A stretch of DNA of 64,000 nucleotides, from sequence record ON528739; one strand, given 5' to 3'. The stretch comes from Shigella phage ESh29. Shown in pieces: positions 10,043-19,520 of this stretch (its first letter is position 1; each line of letters opens with the position of its first letter). The notes below the pieces were generated by a model. It saw nothing but the letters and a program-made list of their open reading frames with translations. It made no database searches and was not told where the DNA came from. A program made the translations under genes and the position numbers.

Positions 10043-11007
10043 TGTATTCTTTAGAGGAATTTAATAATCAAGCAATAAACGCAGATTTCCAACGTAATAA
10101 TATGTTTAGCTGCGTTTTTGCAACAACTCCATCAACTAAAAGCTCTTCGTTGATAAGTTCAATTAGCAACTTTTCTTATAATAACTTGGGCCTAAATTCA
10201 GATTGGTTAGGATTAACTCAAGGTGATATTAATCAGGGAATTACCACGCTAATTACAGCTGGCACACAAAAACTGATAAGAAAATCGGGAGTCAGTAAAT
10301 ATCTTATTGGCGCTATGAGTCAGCGTACTGTCCAGAGTTTATTAGGCTCATTTACAGTTGGTACATATTTAATTGACTTCTTTAACATGGCATATAACTC
10401 ATCTGGATTGATGATATACTCTGTAAAAATGCCAGAGAATAGATTATCCTATGAAACTGACTGGAACTACAACTCTCCTAATATTCGTATAACTGGGAGA
10501 GAATTAGACCCTTTGGTTATTTCATTTAGAATGGATTCAGAAGCTTGTAACTATCGTGCAATGCAAGACTGGGTTAACTCTGTTCAAGACCCAGTAACTG
10601 GACTGCGTGCTTTGCCACAAGATGTCGAGGCAGATATTCAGGTTAATCTTCATTCTCGCAATGGATTACCTCATACTGCGGTGATGTTCACCGGATGCAT
10701 TCCAATATCAGTGAGCGCTCCTGAGTTATCATATGATGGAGATAACCAAATAACTACATTTGATGTTACTTTTGCGTATAGAGTGATGCAGGCTGGAGCA
10801 GTTGATAGGCAAGCTGCCCTTGAATGGCTTGAATCTGCTACTATAAATGGTATTCAAAGCGTTCTCGGAAATAGTGGAGGTGTTACTGGACTATCTAATT
10901 CGCTTTCACGACTTAGTAGATTAGGGGGAACTGCAGGAAGCATTTCAAACATTAATACTATGACAGGAATTGTCAATTCGCAAAGTAAAATATTAGGAGC
11001 AATATAA
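10042..11007 (+). CDS. 54: Baseplate tail tube initiator gp54, 321 aa
   Basis: Size and synteny; TAATG overlap with gp48. Confidence 0.9.
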   Translation: MYSLEEFNNQAINADFQRNNMFSCVFATTPSTKSSSLISSISNFSYNNLGLNSDWLGLTQGDINQGITTLITAGTQKLIRKSGVSKYLIGAMSQRTVQSLLGSFTVGTYLIDFFNMAYNSSGLMIYSVKMPENRLSYETDWNYNSPNIRITGRELDPLVISFRMDSEACNYRAMQDWVNSVQDPVTGLRALPQDVEADIQVNLHSRNGLPHTAVMFTGCIPISVSAPELSYDGDNQITTFDVTFAYRVMQAGAVDRQAALEWLESATINGIQSVLGNSGGVTGLSNSLSRLSRLGGTAGSISNINTMTGIVNSQSKILGAI

Positions 11008-11011
11008 TAAT

Positions 11012-11040
11012 GGGGACCTTTCGGTCCCCATATTTTTATT
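11012..11040 (+). terminator. Rho-independent terminator after gene 54
   Basis: GGGGACC-TTTC-GGTCCCC hairpin followed by TATTTTTATTT. Confidence 0.7.
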
Positions 11041-11326
11041 TACGGAATGAAATAAAAGCAGCAACTGAAGCAACTAAACTGTCTTCAATATAAACTTCAA
11101 TTTTTACCGGAGCTTCTGACTCAAATTTACCTGTTACTACACCCTGAAAAATACTTTCAGACTGTTCTGGCTTTGAAAAATTTTCAGAAGGAAAAATTCC
11201 GAACTTTTTATCTGTTCCAAAAATTTTAATAAATTCATCGTAAACTGCTTCATTAAAAGCATTATCAGCAGGAATAACGCCTTCAACTACAAGTTCTTGA
11301 CCTAAAAAGCGTAAAGAAGATTTCAT
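11036..11326 (-). CDS. Hypothetical protein, 96 aa (T4 alt.-3 position)
   Basis: ORF with GAGGAA RBS, downstream of an early-promoter cassette. Confidence 0.5.
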   Translation of the reverse strand: MKSSLRFLGQELVVEGVIPADNAFNEAVYDEFIKIFGTDKKFGIFPSENFSKPEQSESIFQGVVTGKFESEAPVKIEVYIEDSLVASVAAFISFRK

Positions 11327-11357
11327 TTTGTGTTCCTCATGTTATGTCAGTAAGACT

Positions 11358-11387
11358 ACTATAACACAACACGAGGGACTTGTAAAC
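11358..11387 (-). promoter_or_regulatory. Early-promoter-like cassette (GTTTAC -35, 18-nt spacer, TATAGT -10), minus strand
   Basis: Minus-strand GTTTAC at 11382-11387 and TATAGT at 11358-11363; about 50 nt near-identical to the cassette at 27131-27184. Confidence 0.55.
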
Positions 11388-13444
11388 TACATTTTGAACT
11401 TTTTAGACATTCCGTTAATGTTAACCAAAGAAGCTAAGATTTGAGAAACTTCGTTTTCCTCTTCTTTTGATTCTTCTACGAGGAATTGATTAAACCCAGC
11501 CATTGGACGAACTTCACCAGTTTCCATCAAATGGTCGCCATCATATACCGATTCTTCTAATTGTTCAGAAGGAGGAACGATTGTGCCTTCAATTAGATAC
11601 TTGTTATAAGCAGTTTCTTTCATCATGTACGTGCTCACTTTATTAATCTTCAGCAAAATTCCACGCGGTAGAATAACTTCAGCTTCTGATGGAAATCCTG
11701 ATAAATGACCTGGAACGATAACTTTGATTCGCTCAGCTCCTTTAATTACCATACCCACGCTAGTTTCAGCATCTTCATTAGCATATGTAGAATGACTACC
11801 CATATGCATTAAATCTTCGGCATCAACAGAACCTTCTCCTTCACCAGAAAATACTGCGCCGGAATCATCTAGAGCCATATAGTTTTTACCATGCTCACCG
11901 AAGATATTTGGTTTAAGCGATGTGGATACGAAGTTCTTGAAATAGAACATTTTATTTTCAATGTTATGACGCAAAGTTTTAAAGGTAACTTCTTGTCCAC
12001 GGTAAAGTGTAGTTCCTGGAGGAAGAACTGAACCTTTAGCGAATGCAGAATCAAGCGTCTCAATATGTTTAATAGCTCGTTCCATATATTCTTCGCGGGT
12101 AGAATCTGGTTTACCCAAAAGGAACGAGTTCATTTCAACATATGAATCTGCACAATAATCTTCAATTACATCAGATTCAGCTTGAGTTAATCCTTTTGGA
12201 GTTACTTCGGTGCTCGCGTATTCATATGCCTGAGCGGCAGATTCATTAATCAATTTATAAATGCCATTCATGACAAATTGAATAATAGCTGTCTTTTCAT
12301 CTGGCGTAGCTTTAGAACCTTTAACTAAATCATTGATAATTTTCTTAATAACATCAAAGCTATTAGAAATATTAATGTCAGCAAGATCGCTTAAAATTTT
12401 ATCAGTTTTATAATCAAAGAATTCTTTATTCTTTAAATATTCTTGAGAACCTTGATATGTTGTATCGCTCTGCAACTTGATAGATGGATCACGTAAACGC
12501 GCATGGGCTAATGCAATATGATTTCGGAAGCTTTCTAGTTCATAATCGTTAGATTTAAAACGAGAAGCACTTCTCATACCACCGATAGCTCCTTTGCCGA
12601 AGTTTGAACCAATCTGAATAACGCCAGAGTTCATTGGTCCTTCTGCTTTATATACCGGAACTTTAGATTCAAGCTCTTGATATTTCTTAGCAGCGAAGCT
12701 ATCACCCTGAAGTGAAGCATCAACAGTAGAATATTGAGCTTGTGCTGCTAATCGACGACTAATTTTAGTTTTCTGAATAACAGCTTGATCCGTGCGCTTA
12801 TCATTTTCCAAAGCAATAGAAGCAGCAACTGCGACAGCTTTAGGAACAGCATTACCTGTTTTAACGTCTACATAAACATCACCAACCTTTGATTCAACTT
12901 TTGTGAATAACTCAGTTGAAATAGGAGGTACACCTGGAATGTCTTCTAAATTGGCATTTTTACGGTAAACCATAATATATGCGTACTTTTTATCATAATC
13001 CCAGATTTCCTTTAAAAGAACATATCGACCTGCTCCTTTAGTACGTACTAAACGGTCAGCAATAACTTGCATTTGACGAGCAGCGCCATTTGTTTTACTT
13101 TTTAGTACGCGGAATAGGCATGCATCAATTTTATACTGTTTCATTGTTTGAAGAGCAGTATCAAAAACCGCATTAATGACACCAATTGGATTTCCACCCA
13201 AGTTTTTAAGCTTGACTAACGATAATTTCTCGTTGACACCTATCATTACGATATGCATCATTTTGTCGCCTGGCTTAACGTTTTTATTTGTATCACCGCC
13301 AGAGGTGTATGTACAAAATCTAAATCCGGGGAGAACGCTTTCTTCACCGGCTTGAATAGCAAAAATTTGAGGTATTTTATGCTTAGGATTTAAGTTAACA
13401 ACCGGCGCCGAAGCGCCGTCAAATAATTCTGTAATAAGTTCCAT
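11387..13444 (-). CDS. Alt-family mono-ADP-ribosyltransferase paralog, 685 aa
   Basis: N-terminal ~230 aa near-identical to the adjacent Alt; R-S-E motifs present (LYRGQ, FVSTSL, EAEVILPRG, YDGDHLMETGEV). Confidence 0.75.
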   Translation of the reverse strand: MELITELFDGASAPVVNLNPKHKIPQIFAIQAGEESVLPGFRFCTYTSGGDTNKNVKPGDKMMHIVMIGVNEKLSLVKLKNLGGNPIGVINAVFDTALQTMKQYKIDACLFRVLKSKTNGAARQMQVIADRLVRTKGAGRYVLLKEIWDYDKKYAYIMVYRKNANLEDIPGVPPISTELFTKVESKVGDVYVDVKTGNAVPKAVAVAASIALENDKRTDQAVIQKTKISRRLAAQAQYSTVDASLQGDSFAAKKYQELESKVPVYKAEGPMNSGVIQIGSNFGKGAIGGMRSASRFKSNDYELESFRNHIALAHARLRDPSIKLQSDTTYQGSQEYLKNKEFFDYKTDKILSDLADINISNSFDVIKKIINDLVKGSKATPDEKTAIIQFVMNGIYKLINESAAQAYEYASTEVTPKGLTQAESDVIEDYCADSYVEMNSFLLGKPDSTREEYMERAIKHIETLDSAFAKGSVLPPGTTLYRGQEVTFKTLRHNIENKMFYFKNFVSTSLKPNIFGEHGKNYMALDDSGAVFSGEGEGSVDAEDLMHMGSHSTYANEDAETSVGMVIKGAERIKVIVPGHLSGFPSEAEVILPRGILLKINKVSTYMMKETAYNKYLIEGTIVPPSEQLEESVYDGDHLMETGEVRPMAGFNQFLVEESKEEENEVSQILASLVNINGMSKKFKM

Positions 13445-13447
13445 GAT

Positions 13448-15544
13448 TTATCCTTGAACGAACTTGTAAGGCATGTTTGTAATATCTATGCAAGACGCAA
13501 TAATTCCAAGAGATGATTCTACTTTCTGTTTAACGTTTGATGAAACAAATGATGCAAAGTCAACTCTGTCTTCTATTTCAATATCACCTGTCATTGCAAC
13601 TACTTCACCGGTTTCCATTAAATGGTCTCCGTCATAGATTATCGATTCGGTGAGCTCTTCCGTGGTCATAACTTCAGCTTGAATGAGTTTTGTATTATTA
13701 GATGTTGTTCCGTCATTATTAGAAGCATCAGTTATTTTATTAATTTTGACCATCAATCCACGCGGTAGAATAACTTCAGCTTCTGTTGCTATTCCGAGAC
13801 TTCCTGGATATACAACATTAACTTTATGAGCTCCATCAATTGCCCATCCTATTTGAACTTTAACGTATTCAGGATTTTCTTTATACGCTCTTATTTCGTT
13901 TGGATTAATAGTTATTCCTTCTTCATTTTTATCAACTGTTAATTCATTGCGAGCTTCTGGTTCTAAAAGACCAATACCAGCATGTGTGATTCCAAAACGT
14001 CCAAAAATGATAGGAGTTAAAGAAGTAGATACAAAATTTCTGAAGTAGAACACTTTATTTTTAACTAACGCTTCATATATAGGAGCAGTCATACTTTGAG
14101 CACGATAAACTGTAATGCCTTCTGGTATACGGTCACCATTTTCAAAAGCTGAATCTAAGTTATTTATAGCAGATTCAATTTCTTTTTCACTCATTACATC
14201 ATATCGTTCTGGATTGTAACGACCTAAAAGAAGATTATTGATGTCAGTATATCCTGAACCGCAATATTCTCTAATGCCACGCTTTTGTGATGGAGTATAT
14301 TTAGAACCATCGCGGGCAATAGTAATATCAATCATTGGACCAGCACCAATTCCAGAAAAACTGTAAATCATTCGTTTGAGGAATTTAGTTTTTGCTGCGT
14401 TCCAGGAATTTTTAGTTATTTCTTCCCAGACTTCATCTGGTTGTCCTTTACGATTTTTATTATGATTAGCAAGCCATTTATCTTTATAATCTTCAAAGAA
14501 TTGATTTACAGCTGCTGCGTATTTCTCTAAACATTTTATTGAAGTAGTTGGTTCATTTTTAATTGCATTAAAAATTACTTCTTTAATTTTTTCTGAAACT
14601 TCACCGACTTGACTCATTGGAAAGAATTTATAATCATAGTGAAGTTCATCTGCCGTTCCTTCAGCAATAATTTTTGCTGCCTTTGTTTTAGAAGCTAATG
14701 AATTAATTCCAAGCTTCATTTCTTCTGCTTCGGGAATTAAAGGTGCAGTAGCTGGTTTATTAAAATTAGCTGCTGTAGATTCATACTTCTGGAATAATTC
14801 ACTTTCAAATCTAGAAGATTCCAATGACTGACTTTGTGCAATTGCTCTGCGAGAAATTTTAACCTTAACGATTACAGCTTGGTCAGAACGTTTATCATTT
14901 TCTTGCGCAATAGATGCAGCAATTGCCTCATTTTTGGTTACTTGAGCTCCAGTATCTTTATTAATATAAACATCACCGACCTTCGATTCAACTTTAGTAA
15001 AGAGTTCAGTGCTAATTTCTGGAACTCCTGGAATGTCTTCTAGTGATACATTTTTACGATGTATAAGAATATATGCATACTTTTTATCATAATCCCAGAG
15101 TTCCTTAAGAAGGACGTATCTGCCACCTGAACGACTGCGGATGAGTCTATCAGCAATAAGTTGAATTTGTCGAGCTTGACCAGCGGTTTTAGACTTAAGA
15201 ATACGAAGCATGCAGGCATCAATTTTATATTGACGCATTGTTTGCATTGCAACAGTAAAAACTGAATTGATATAATTAATCGGGCTTGGACCAAGACCTT
15301 TTAATTTGGCAATTGAACCTTTAGCAGTTAATGTAAAAGGAACGATATGCATCATCTTATCGCCAAGTTTTAGATCTCGGTTTGTATCACCTCCAGATGT
15401 ATAGGTACATAAACGAAAGCCTGGTTGTTCAATTGCATTATCAACATGAACTGAAAAAATTTGTGGTATTTTCTTCTTTGGATTTAAGTTTGTAATCGGA
15501 AGAGTAGTATCTTCGTCAAATAATTCTATAATGAGTTCCATCAT
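13448..15544 (-). CDS. alt: Alt ADP-ribosyltransferase (capsid-packaged), 698 aa
   Basis: N-terminus MMELIIELFDEDTTLPITNL... recognised as T4 Alt; VYRAQ, FVSTSL, EAEVILPRG motifs; late promoter upstream; between 54 and 30. Confidence 0.85.
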   Translation of the reverse strand: MMELIIELFDEDTTLPITNLNPKKKIPQIFSVHVDNAIEQPGFRLCTYTSGGDTNRDLKLGDKMMHIVPFTLTAKGSIAKLKGLGPSPINYINSVFTVAMQTMRQYKIDACMLRILKSKTAGQARQIQLIADRLIRSRSGGRYVLLKELWDYDKKYAYILIHRKNVSLEDIPGVPEISTELFTKVESKVGDVYINKDTGAQVTKNEAIAASIAQENDKRSDQAVIVKVKISRRAIAQSQSLESSRFESELFQKYESTAANFNKPATAPLIPEAEEMKLGINSLASKTKAAKIIAEGTADELHYDYKFFPMSQVGEVSEKIKEVIFNAIKNEPTTSIKCLEKYAAAVNQFFEDYKDKWLANHNKNRKGQPDEVWEEITKNSWNAAKTKFLKRMIYSFSGIGAGPMIDITIARDGSKYTPSQKRGIREYCGSGYTDINNLLLGRYNPERYDVMSEKEIESAINNLDSAFENGDRIPEGITVYRAQSMTAPIYEALVKNKVFYFRNFVSTSLTPIIFGRFGITHAGIGLLEPEARNELTVDKNEEGITINPNEIRAYKENPEYVKVQIGWAIDGAHKVNVVYPGSLGIATEAEVILPRGLMVKINKITDASNNDGTTSNNTKLIQAEVMTTEELTESIIYDGDHLMETGEVVAMTGDIEIEDRVDFASFVSSNVKQKVESSLGIIASCIDITNMPYKFVQG

Positions 15545-15564
15545 ATCCTCTCTAGTGTTTATTC

Positions 15565-15572
15565 TATTTATA
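15565..15572 (-). promoter_or_regulatory. Late promoter TATAAATA (minus strand) for alt
   Basis: Plus-strand TATTTATA about 21 nt upstream of the alt ATG. Confidence 0.55.
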
Positions 15573-15578
15573 AAATTA

Positions 15579-15597
15579 AAGGCCCGAAGGCCTTTAA
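15579..15597 (-). terminator. Hairpin / terminator candidate between the 62-aa ORF and alt
   Basis: AAAGGCCTTCGGGCCTTT hairpin followed on the minus strand by AATTTTAT. Confidence 0.5.
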
Positions 15598-15782
15598 TAA
15601 TCTATTGGTAAGAGAGTACGATATATTTCAAACTTTGGACCTTTTTCATAAGCATCAAAAGTTTCTGTGAATTTATTATAAGCATATGCATCTACAAATT
15701 CGAGAATGACTTGTGATACAGAAGTAGAAACATCTCCACCTTCTTTTTGAGCAATGACAATTGTTTCTAAGTAAGCTTTCAT
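15594..15782 (-). CDS. Hypothetical protein, 62 aa
   Basis: ORF coupled (ATGA overlap) to the DNA ligase stop. Confidence 0.5.
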   Translation of the reverse strand: MKAYLETIVIAQKEGGDVSTSVSQVILEFVDAYAYNKFTETFDAYEKGPKFEIYRTLLPIDY

Positions 15783-17242
15783 AAACCAGTTACCTCATGA
15801 AAATCGCCAAATACATCTTCGAACGTATTAGCTTTAGTTTTATCTTCACGTAAACGAATCGCAATCGGAAGAAATAATTTAACGTAATCAGTGCGGCCAT
15901 CAGATTTTAACCAACCGTTGCATTCGCACTCTAGAATTTTTCCAATATAATAATTTTGGTTTTCCATAATGCGAGTACGGTCAAGTTCATGCGATTTTAC
16001 GCCGGCTTTATCTTTTAAGCCTGAACCAGCATTTACTTTAATTTTTCCACACTCTGACTCAAGAATAAATCCACCTGCTTTAGTAGGGTCTTTACGGTGA
16101 GGATAAATTCCTACAATTTTTAAATCAACATCAATTACTTCTTTAAATTTATAAAGATTTTTTGAACGAGCATTTTCCCATAATCCATCGATATTTTTGA
16201 GAATAATACCTTCAAGACCTTGGTCAATATACTTTTTATAAACTACCTTAGCTTCATCTAGATTATTTACTAGCTGGTTTTCAATTAAAATTACTTTATC
16301 ATAGCCTGATGTCATTTGTTCTAGTTTAGAAAAACGTACATCATACTTTAAACGAAATGCAGGAAGACCATATATTTCTACTAATGGAACATAGTCCCAG
16401 ACCTGAAACTTCATGCATTGTGCTTCTTTTTCTGAAATGGTTCCCTTTAAAGATTTATTAGCGATTCCATTAGAAGTAGTACGTGATTCAGCTACTTCGG
16501 CGAATTCTTTAGCTTTACTAATTTCAGGATAAGCATCAAAAAGAAAATCTAGGCCTTCTGGCTCCTTTTCAACTTGCTCGTGGTATACCAATTCGCCATC
16601 AATTAACACGCCTTCTGGATGAATCTGGCGGGCTTCAGCGGTCATTTTGATTAACTCTTCCTTAAGAAGATCTAATCCTAGATATTCATTACCAGCTCTC
16701 GATAAAAGACGAACATCATCTAATTCATCACCTCTGACTTCAGCAAAGCACCGAGCTCCATCAGCTTTTAACTGGGCAAAAGCTGGAAATTTGATATTCT
16801 TATTAATGCCTTTTTCATCATAAGAACTTGCCAGCATTTGAGGTTGTTCAGGAATTAAACCTGGCCAAACTTTGTTTGCAATAGATACTGATGCACCACA
16901 TTCAAGGTCTCGCATCATCACCCGACGCAAAACTTCAACATCATCTTTTTTACCGTCAGCAATATATCCAGTTAATTCCTCAATTGCCGCATTTCCGGTC
17001 AATTTCCGAGTAGCTAACGTAAATTCAATGAAGTCAAGCATATCGGTAAGAGTCAACATTCCAAAACTCTGGGTAGCAATACCAGGTTTAGGCCATTTCT
17101 TGATATAATACTGTAACCCACGAGAATAAGTCAGACGATATACTCGTTTAAGCAATTCATTATCTTTATTCTTTTCAAGAATTGCTTGCTTCTGCTTAGT
17201 TGAACCAATAGATGCTATTTCGTTCAGAATTTTAAGAATCAT
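15779..17242 (-). CDS. 30: ATP-dependent DNA ligase gp30, 487 aa
   Basis: Ligase adenylation motif KADGAR; T4-ligase length; synteny. Confidence 0.95.
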   Translation of the reverse strand: MILKILNEIASIGSTKQKQAILEKNKDNELLKRVYRLTYSRGLQYYIKKWPKPGIATQSFGMLTLTDMLDFIEFTLATRKLTGNAAIEELTGYIADGKKDDVEVLRRVMMRDLECGASVSIANKVWPGLIPEQPQMLASSYDEKGINKNIKFPAFAQLKADGARCFAEVRGDELDDVRLLSRAGNEYLGLDLLKEELIKMTAEARQIHPEGVLIDGELVYHEQVEKEPEGLDFLFDAYPEISKAKEFAEVAESRTTSNGIANKSLKGTISEKEAQCMKFQVWDYVPLVEIYGLPAFRLKYDVRFSKLEQMTSGYDKVILIENQLVNNLDEAKVVYKKYIDQGLEGIILKNIDGLWENARSKNLYKFKEVIDVDLKIVGIYPHRKDPTKAGGFILESECGKIKVNAGSGLKDKAGVKSHELDRTRIMENQNYYIGKILECECNGWLKSDGRTDYVKLFLPIAIRLREDKTKANTFEDVFGDFHEVTGL

Positions 17243-17508
17243 TGTTCATCCTTTAGAGTTTGGTTTACAGCTCTATTATAAATCAATTCATCATTAAGCT
17301 CAGTCAAAGACCTGTGGTACGTGGTTCTAACTTTATTTCCTTGCATCCAGTGCTTGACGTAAATGAAACCTTGCTCTACACATTTTTTAAAAATTCGTTC
17401 GTCTTTTTGAGCTCGGAATTCTGGATTGCATCTAAAAAATTGATTTACATGACCGTAATCACGTGTAGTATTACCTTCATTTTCATAAATAGTGTGAACA
17501 ACAAACAT
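17239..17508 (-). CDS. Hypothetical protein, 89 aa (T4 30.1 position)
   Basis: ORF coupled to the ligase start. Confidence 0.5.
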   Translation of the reverse strand: MFVVHTIYENEGNTTRDYGHVNQFFRCNPEFRAQKDERIFKKCVEQGFIYVKHWMQGNKVRTTYHRSLTELNDELIYNRAVNQTLKDEQ

Positions 17509-18347
17509 TAGAATGCTCCTTGGAAAATATTATCACCACCAGTAGGTCTATTATACAAATACTCTATGCCACCAGGTTTAATATAGTTCCATGTCTGAAA
17601 CGGATGTGTCTGATATGGATGATATAGATGATTATAAGGATTAAATCCAGGAGTTCTCCAGGTAGTGTTCCAAGGAAAAGAATCGTTTTTAATCATCTTC
17701 TCAATTACATCTTTTATAACTTTTTCACTATCAAAACTTTCTTTAATTTCCTTCGATGGAAAAAGCTTATTCTCGACATCATTCCATGTATAAACTCGCT
17801 GTGCAGTTTTTGGAATACTGTCACGCTCCCCTCGAGCCATCCAATAAACAGGAACATTTAATATTTCACTCGCGTGATCGCAGTGGTGAGCGAGATCGTC
17901 AATATAACAAATCACGTTATATTTCTCTTTTGCCTTTTTGAACAACTCTTCTTTTGAAGAATCATGACTACACATCAGTACTTCTGAGAAGGCACCAGGA
18001 AAAAGAGCATTCAAATTAAATTGACGATTCAGCAGAGCGTCAATAGAATCACCCAATGCTGTAACAGCTACAAAATTATAATCTTCTTTTAGTTTGTTAA
18101 TTACACACAGGGCATCTTTATATGGAGACAAATAGCGAATAAAATCTGAACGATTATATTTTTCGATTAATTTAACACCAAGTTCTTCATCGCAATTAAA
18201 GAGCTTACCAGGAGAAATAAATTTTTCGTCCTGAATCATTTTTAAAATATGTTCCAACGGAAGATTATATTTTTGGGCAAAATAAGGAAGACCTGATTGC
18301 CAGCTTAAACATACACCATCAATATCAGTCAAAATAGTAGGCTTCAT
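17508..18347 (-). CDS. HAD-like hydrolase-motif protein, 279 aa (T4 30.2 position)
   Basis: N-terminal ILTDIDGV (DxDG) motif; Pro/aromatic-rich C-terminal tail. Confidence 0.55.
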   Translation of the reverse strand: MKPTILTDIDGVCLSWQSGLPYFAQKYNLPLEHILKMIQDEKFISPGKLFNCDEELGVKLIEKYNRSDFIRYLSPYKDALCVINKLKEDYNFVAVTALGDSIDALLNRQFNLNALFPGAFSEVLMCSHDSSKEELFKKAKEKYNVICYIDDLAHHCDHASEILNVPVYWMARGERDSIPKTAQRVYTWNDVENKLFPSKEIKESFDSEKVIKDVIEKMIKNDSFPWNTTWRTPGFNPYNHLYHPYQTHPFQTWNYIKPGGIEYLYNRPTGGDNIFQGAF

Positions 18348-18808
18348 AGAGAGTCTCTTAATAGGTTTAACACATCAATAAATTCAGCTTCGGTTAGTAT
18401 TGTATCATCTTTTGTTAGACCACTAGCCATGCTATGCTTCAAAATTTTTCCTTTCGAGGCTTGTAAGGCATCACGAAACCCCTTGTTTTGAATCGCTGCT
18501 TCAAAATATGCATTTGTGTATAATTCTTTCCACGCCGGGGAGTATCTTGAAAACGGAACTCCGAGCCAGAAGAGGGTCCCACGGTCCTGAGCTCTAGCAT
18601 AATACCTTCCAGCTTGTTGGGCGGCAAGCCCGGATAACCCAAATATACGACGTTGTTGTTCAACATTTTTCACCTTGCACCCTTGGAGGAATCCTTCAAG
18701 ACCTCCAAATTGGATACTATCCATAACAAAAGGCCATTGAGCGAAATTACTTAATGCACATGATGGCCACCTAAAATTGCTTCTAATCTCTAACTCAGAC
18801 ATTTTCAA
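18344..18808 (-). CDS. Hypothetical protein, 154 aa (T4 30.3 position)
   Basis: ORF in the operon-like array upstream of ligase. Confidence 0.5.
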   Translation of the reverse strand: MKMSELEIRSNFRWPSCALSNFAQWPFVMDSIQFGGLEGFLQGCKVKNVEQQRRIFGLSGLAAQQAGRYYARAQDRGTLFWLGVPFSRYSPAWKELYTNAYFEAAIQNKGFRDALQASKGKILKHSMASGLTKDDTILTEAEFIDVLNLLRDSL

Positions 18809-19001
18809 TGCTTATAATTTCAACATCAGCCCAATGACCATAGCAAGGAAGACGAAATTCAACTGGCCAGTTAGGGTCCTTTTCTAATATAATAGACTCA
18901 ACTTGCGGTTCTTCGTGTTCATCAGTATACGGATTTTTATCTGTTACTTTATATGTGACCTTAATGTACTGAATTCCAAAAATCTTATTAATTATATTCA
19001 T
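18795..19001 (-). CDS. Hypothetical protein, 68 aa
   Basis: ORF in the 30.x array. Confidence 0.4.
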   Translation of the reverse strand: MNIINKIFGIQYIKVTYKVTDKNPYTDEHEEPQVESIILEKDPNWPVEFRLPCYGHWADVEIISIENV

Positions 19002-19195
19002 ACTAATTCCTTTAATCCGTAAATAGGAGATAATTCATCGCCCATACGAAGGTCTTCATTTCCATCTACCCAGGAAACAATATAAGCCTCTTTTATTTGA
19101 ATACCACTCCATTTAAATGGAGGTAGAACCTTAGAAATTAATCCAGGTATACCAACTCCCTTTAATTCAACAGTTTGACCTAAAAAGAATTTCAT
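18998..19195 (-). CDS. Hypothetical protein, 65 aa
   Basis: ORF in the 30.x array. Confidence 0.4.
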   Translation of the reverse strand: MKFFLGQTVELKGVGIPGLISKVLPPFKWSGIQIKEAYIVSWVDGNEDLRMGDELSPIYGLKELV

Positions 19196-19515
19196 TAGAA
19201 CCTCATCTGAAAACCGTGCGATTTAACATTACCGCCGCCAATATCAGAAATGTTAATTTCACGCGCAATTGAAGGGTCAATGTCAATTTCACGATTGAGT
19301 TTAGTGATAGCTAAAGTATCGCGCCCATTTACAGTACGGAACTCTAAAGGACAAACCACATCAACGTAGTTTTTAATCGATTCACTGGTAGGCTGCAAAT
19401 GAGCAGGAAGGTCTTTAGGCGCCTTTGAGAAAACAACTTCACAGAAATTTTTGCGGGTATCAAAATAAGTAGTCATAAACATAATATTTTCCTCAGTAAG
19501 GGGCCGAAGCCCCAA
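19195..19515 (-). CDS. Hypothetical protein, 106 aa
   Basis: ORF in the 30.x array. Confidence 0.45.
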   Translation of the reverse strand: MGLRPLTEENIMFMTTYFDTRKNFCEVVFSKAPKDLPAHLQPTSESIKNYVDVVCPLEFRTVNGRDTLAITKLNREIDIDPSIAREINISDIGGGNVKSHGFQMRF

Positions 19516-19520
19516 TTAAT

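Noticed and set aside
19500-19514. GGGGCCGAAGCCCC hairpin (similar ones at 57886-57900, 58115-58128, 59084-59097, 63394-63411), considered as terminators
   Set aside because: Most lack a downstream U-tract on the transcribed strand and sit between tightly coupled genes. More likely RNA-stability or processing hairpins, so not called as terminators.
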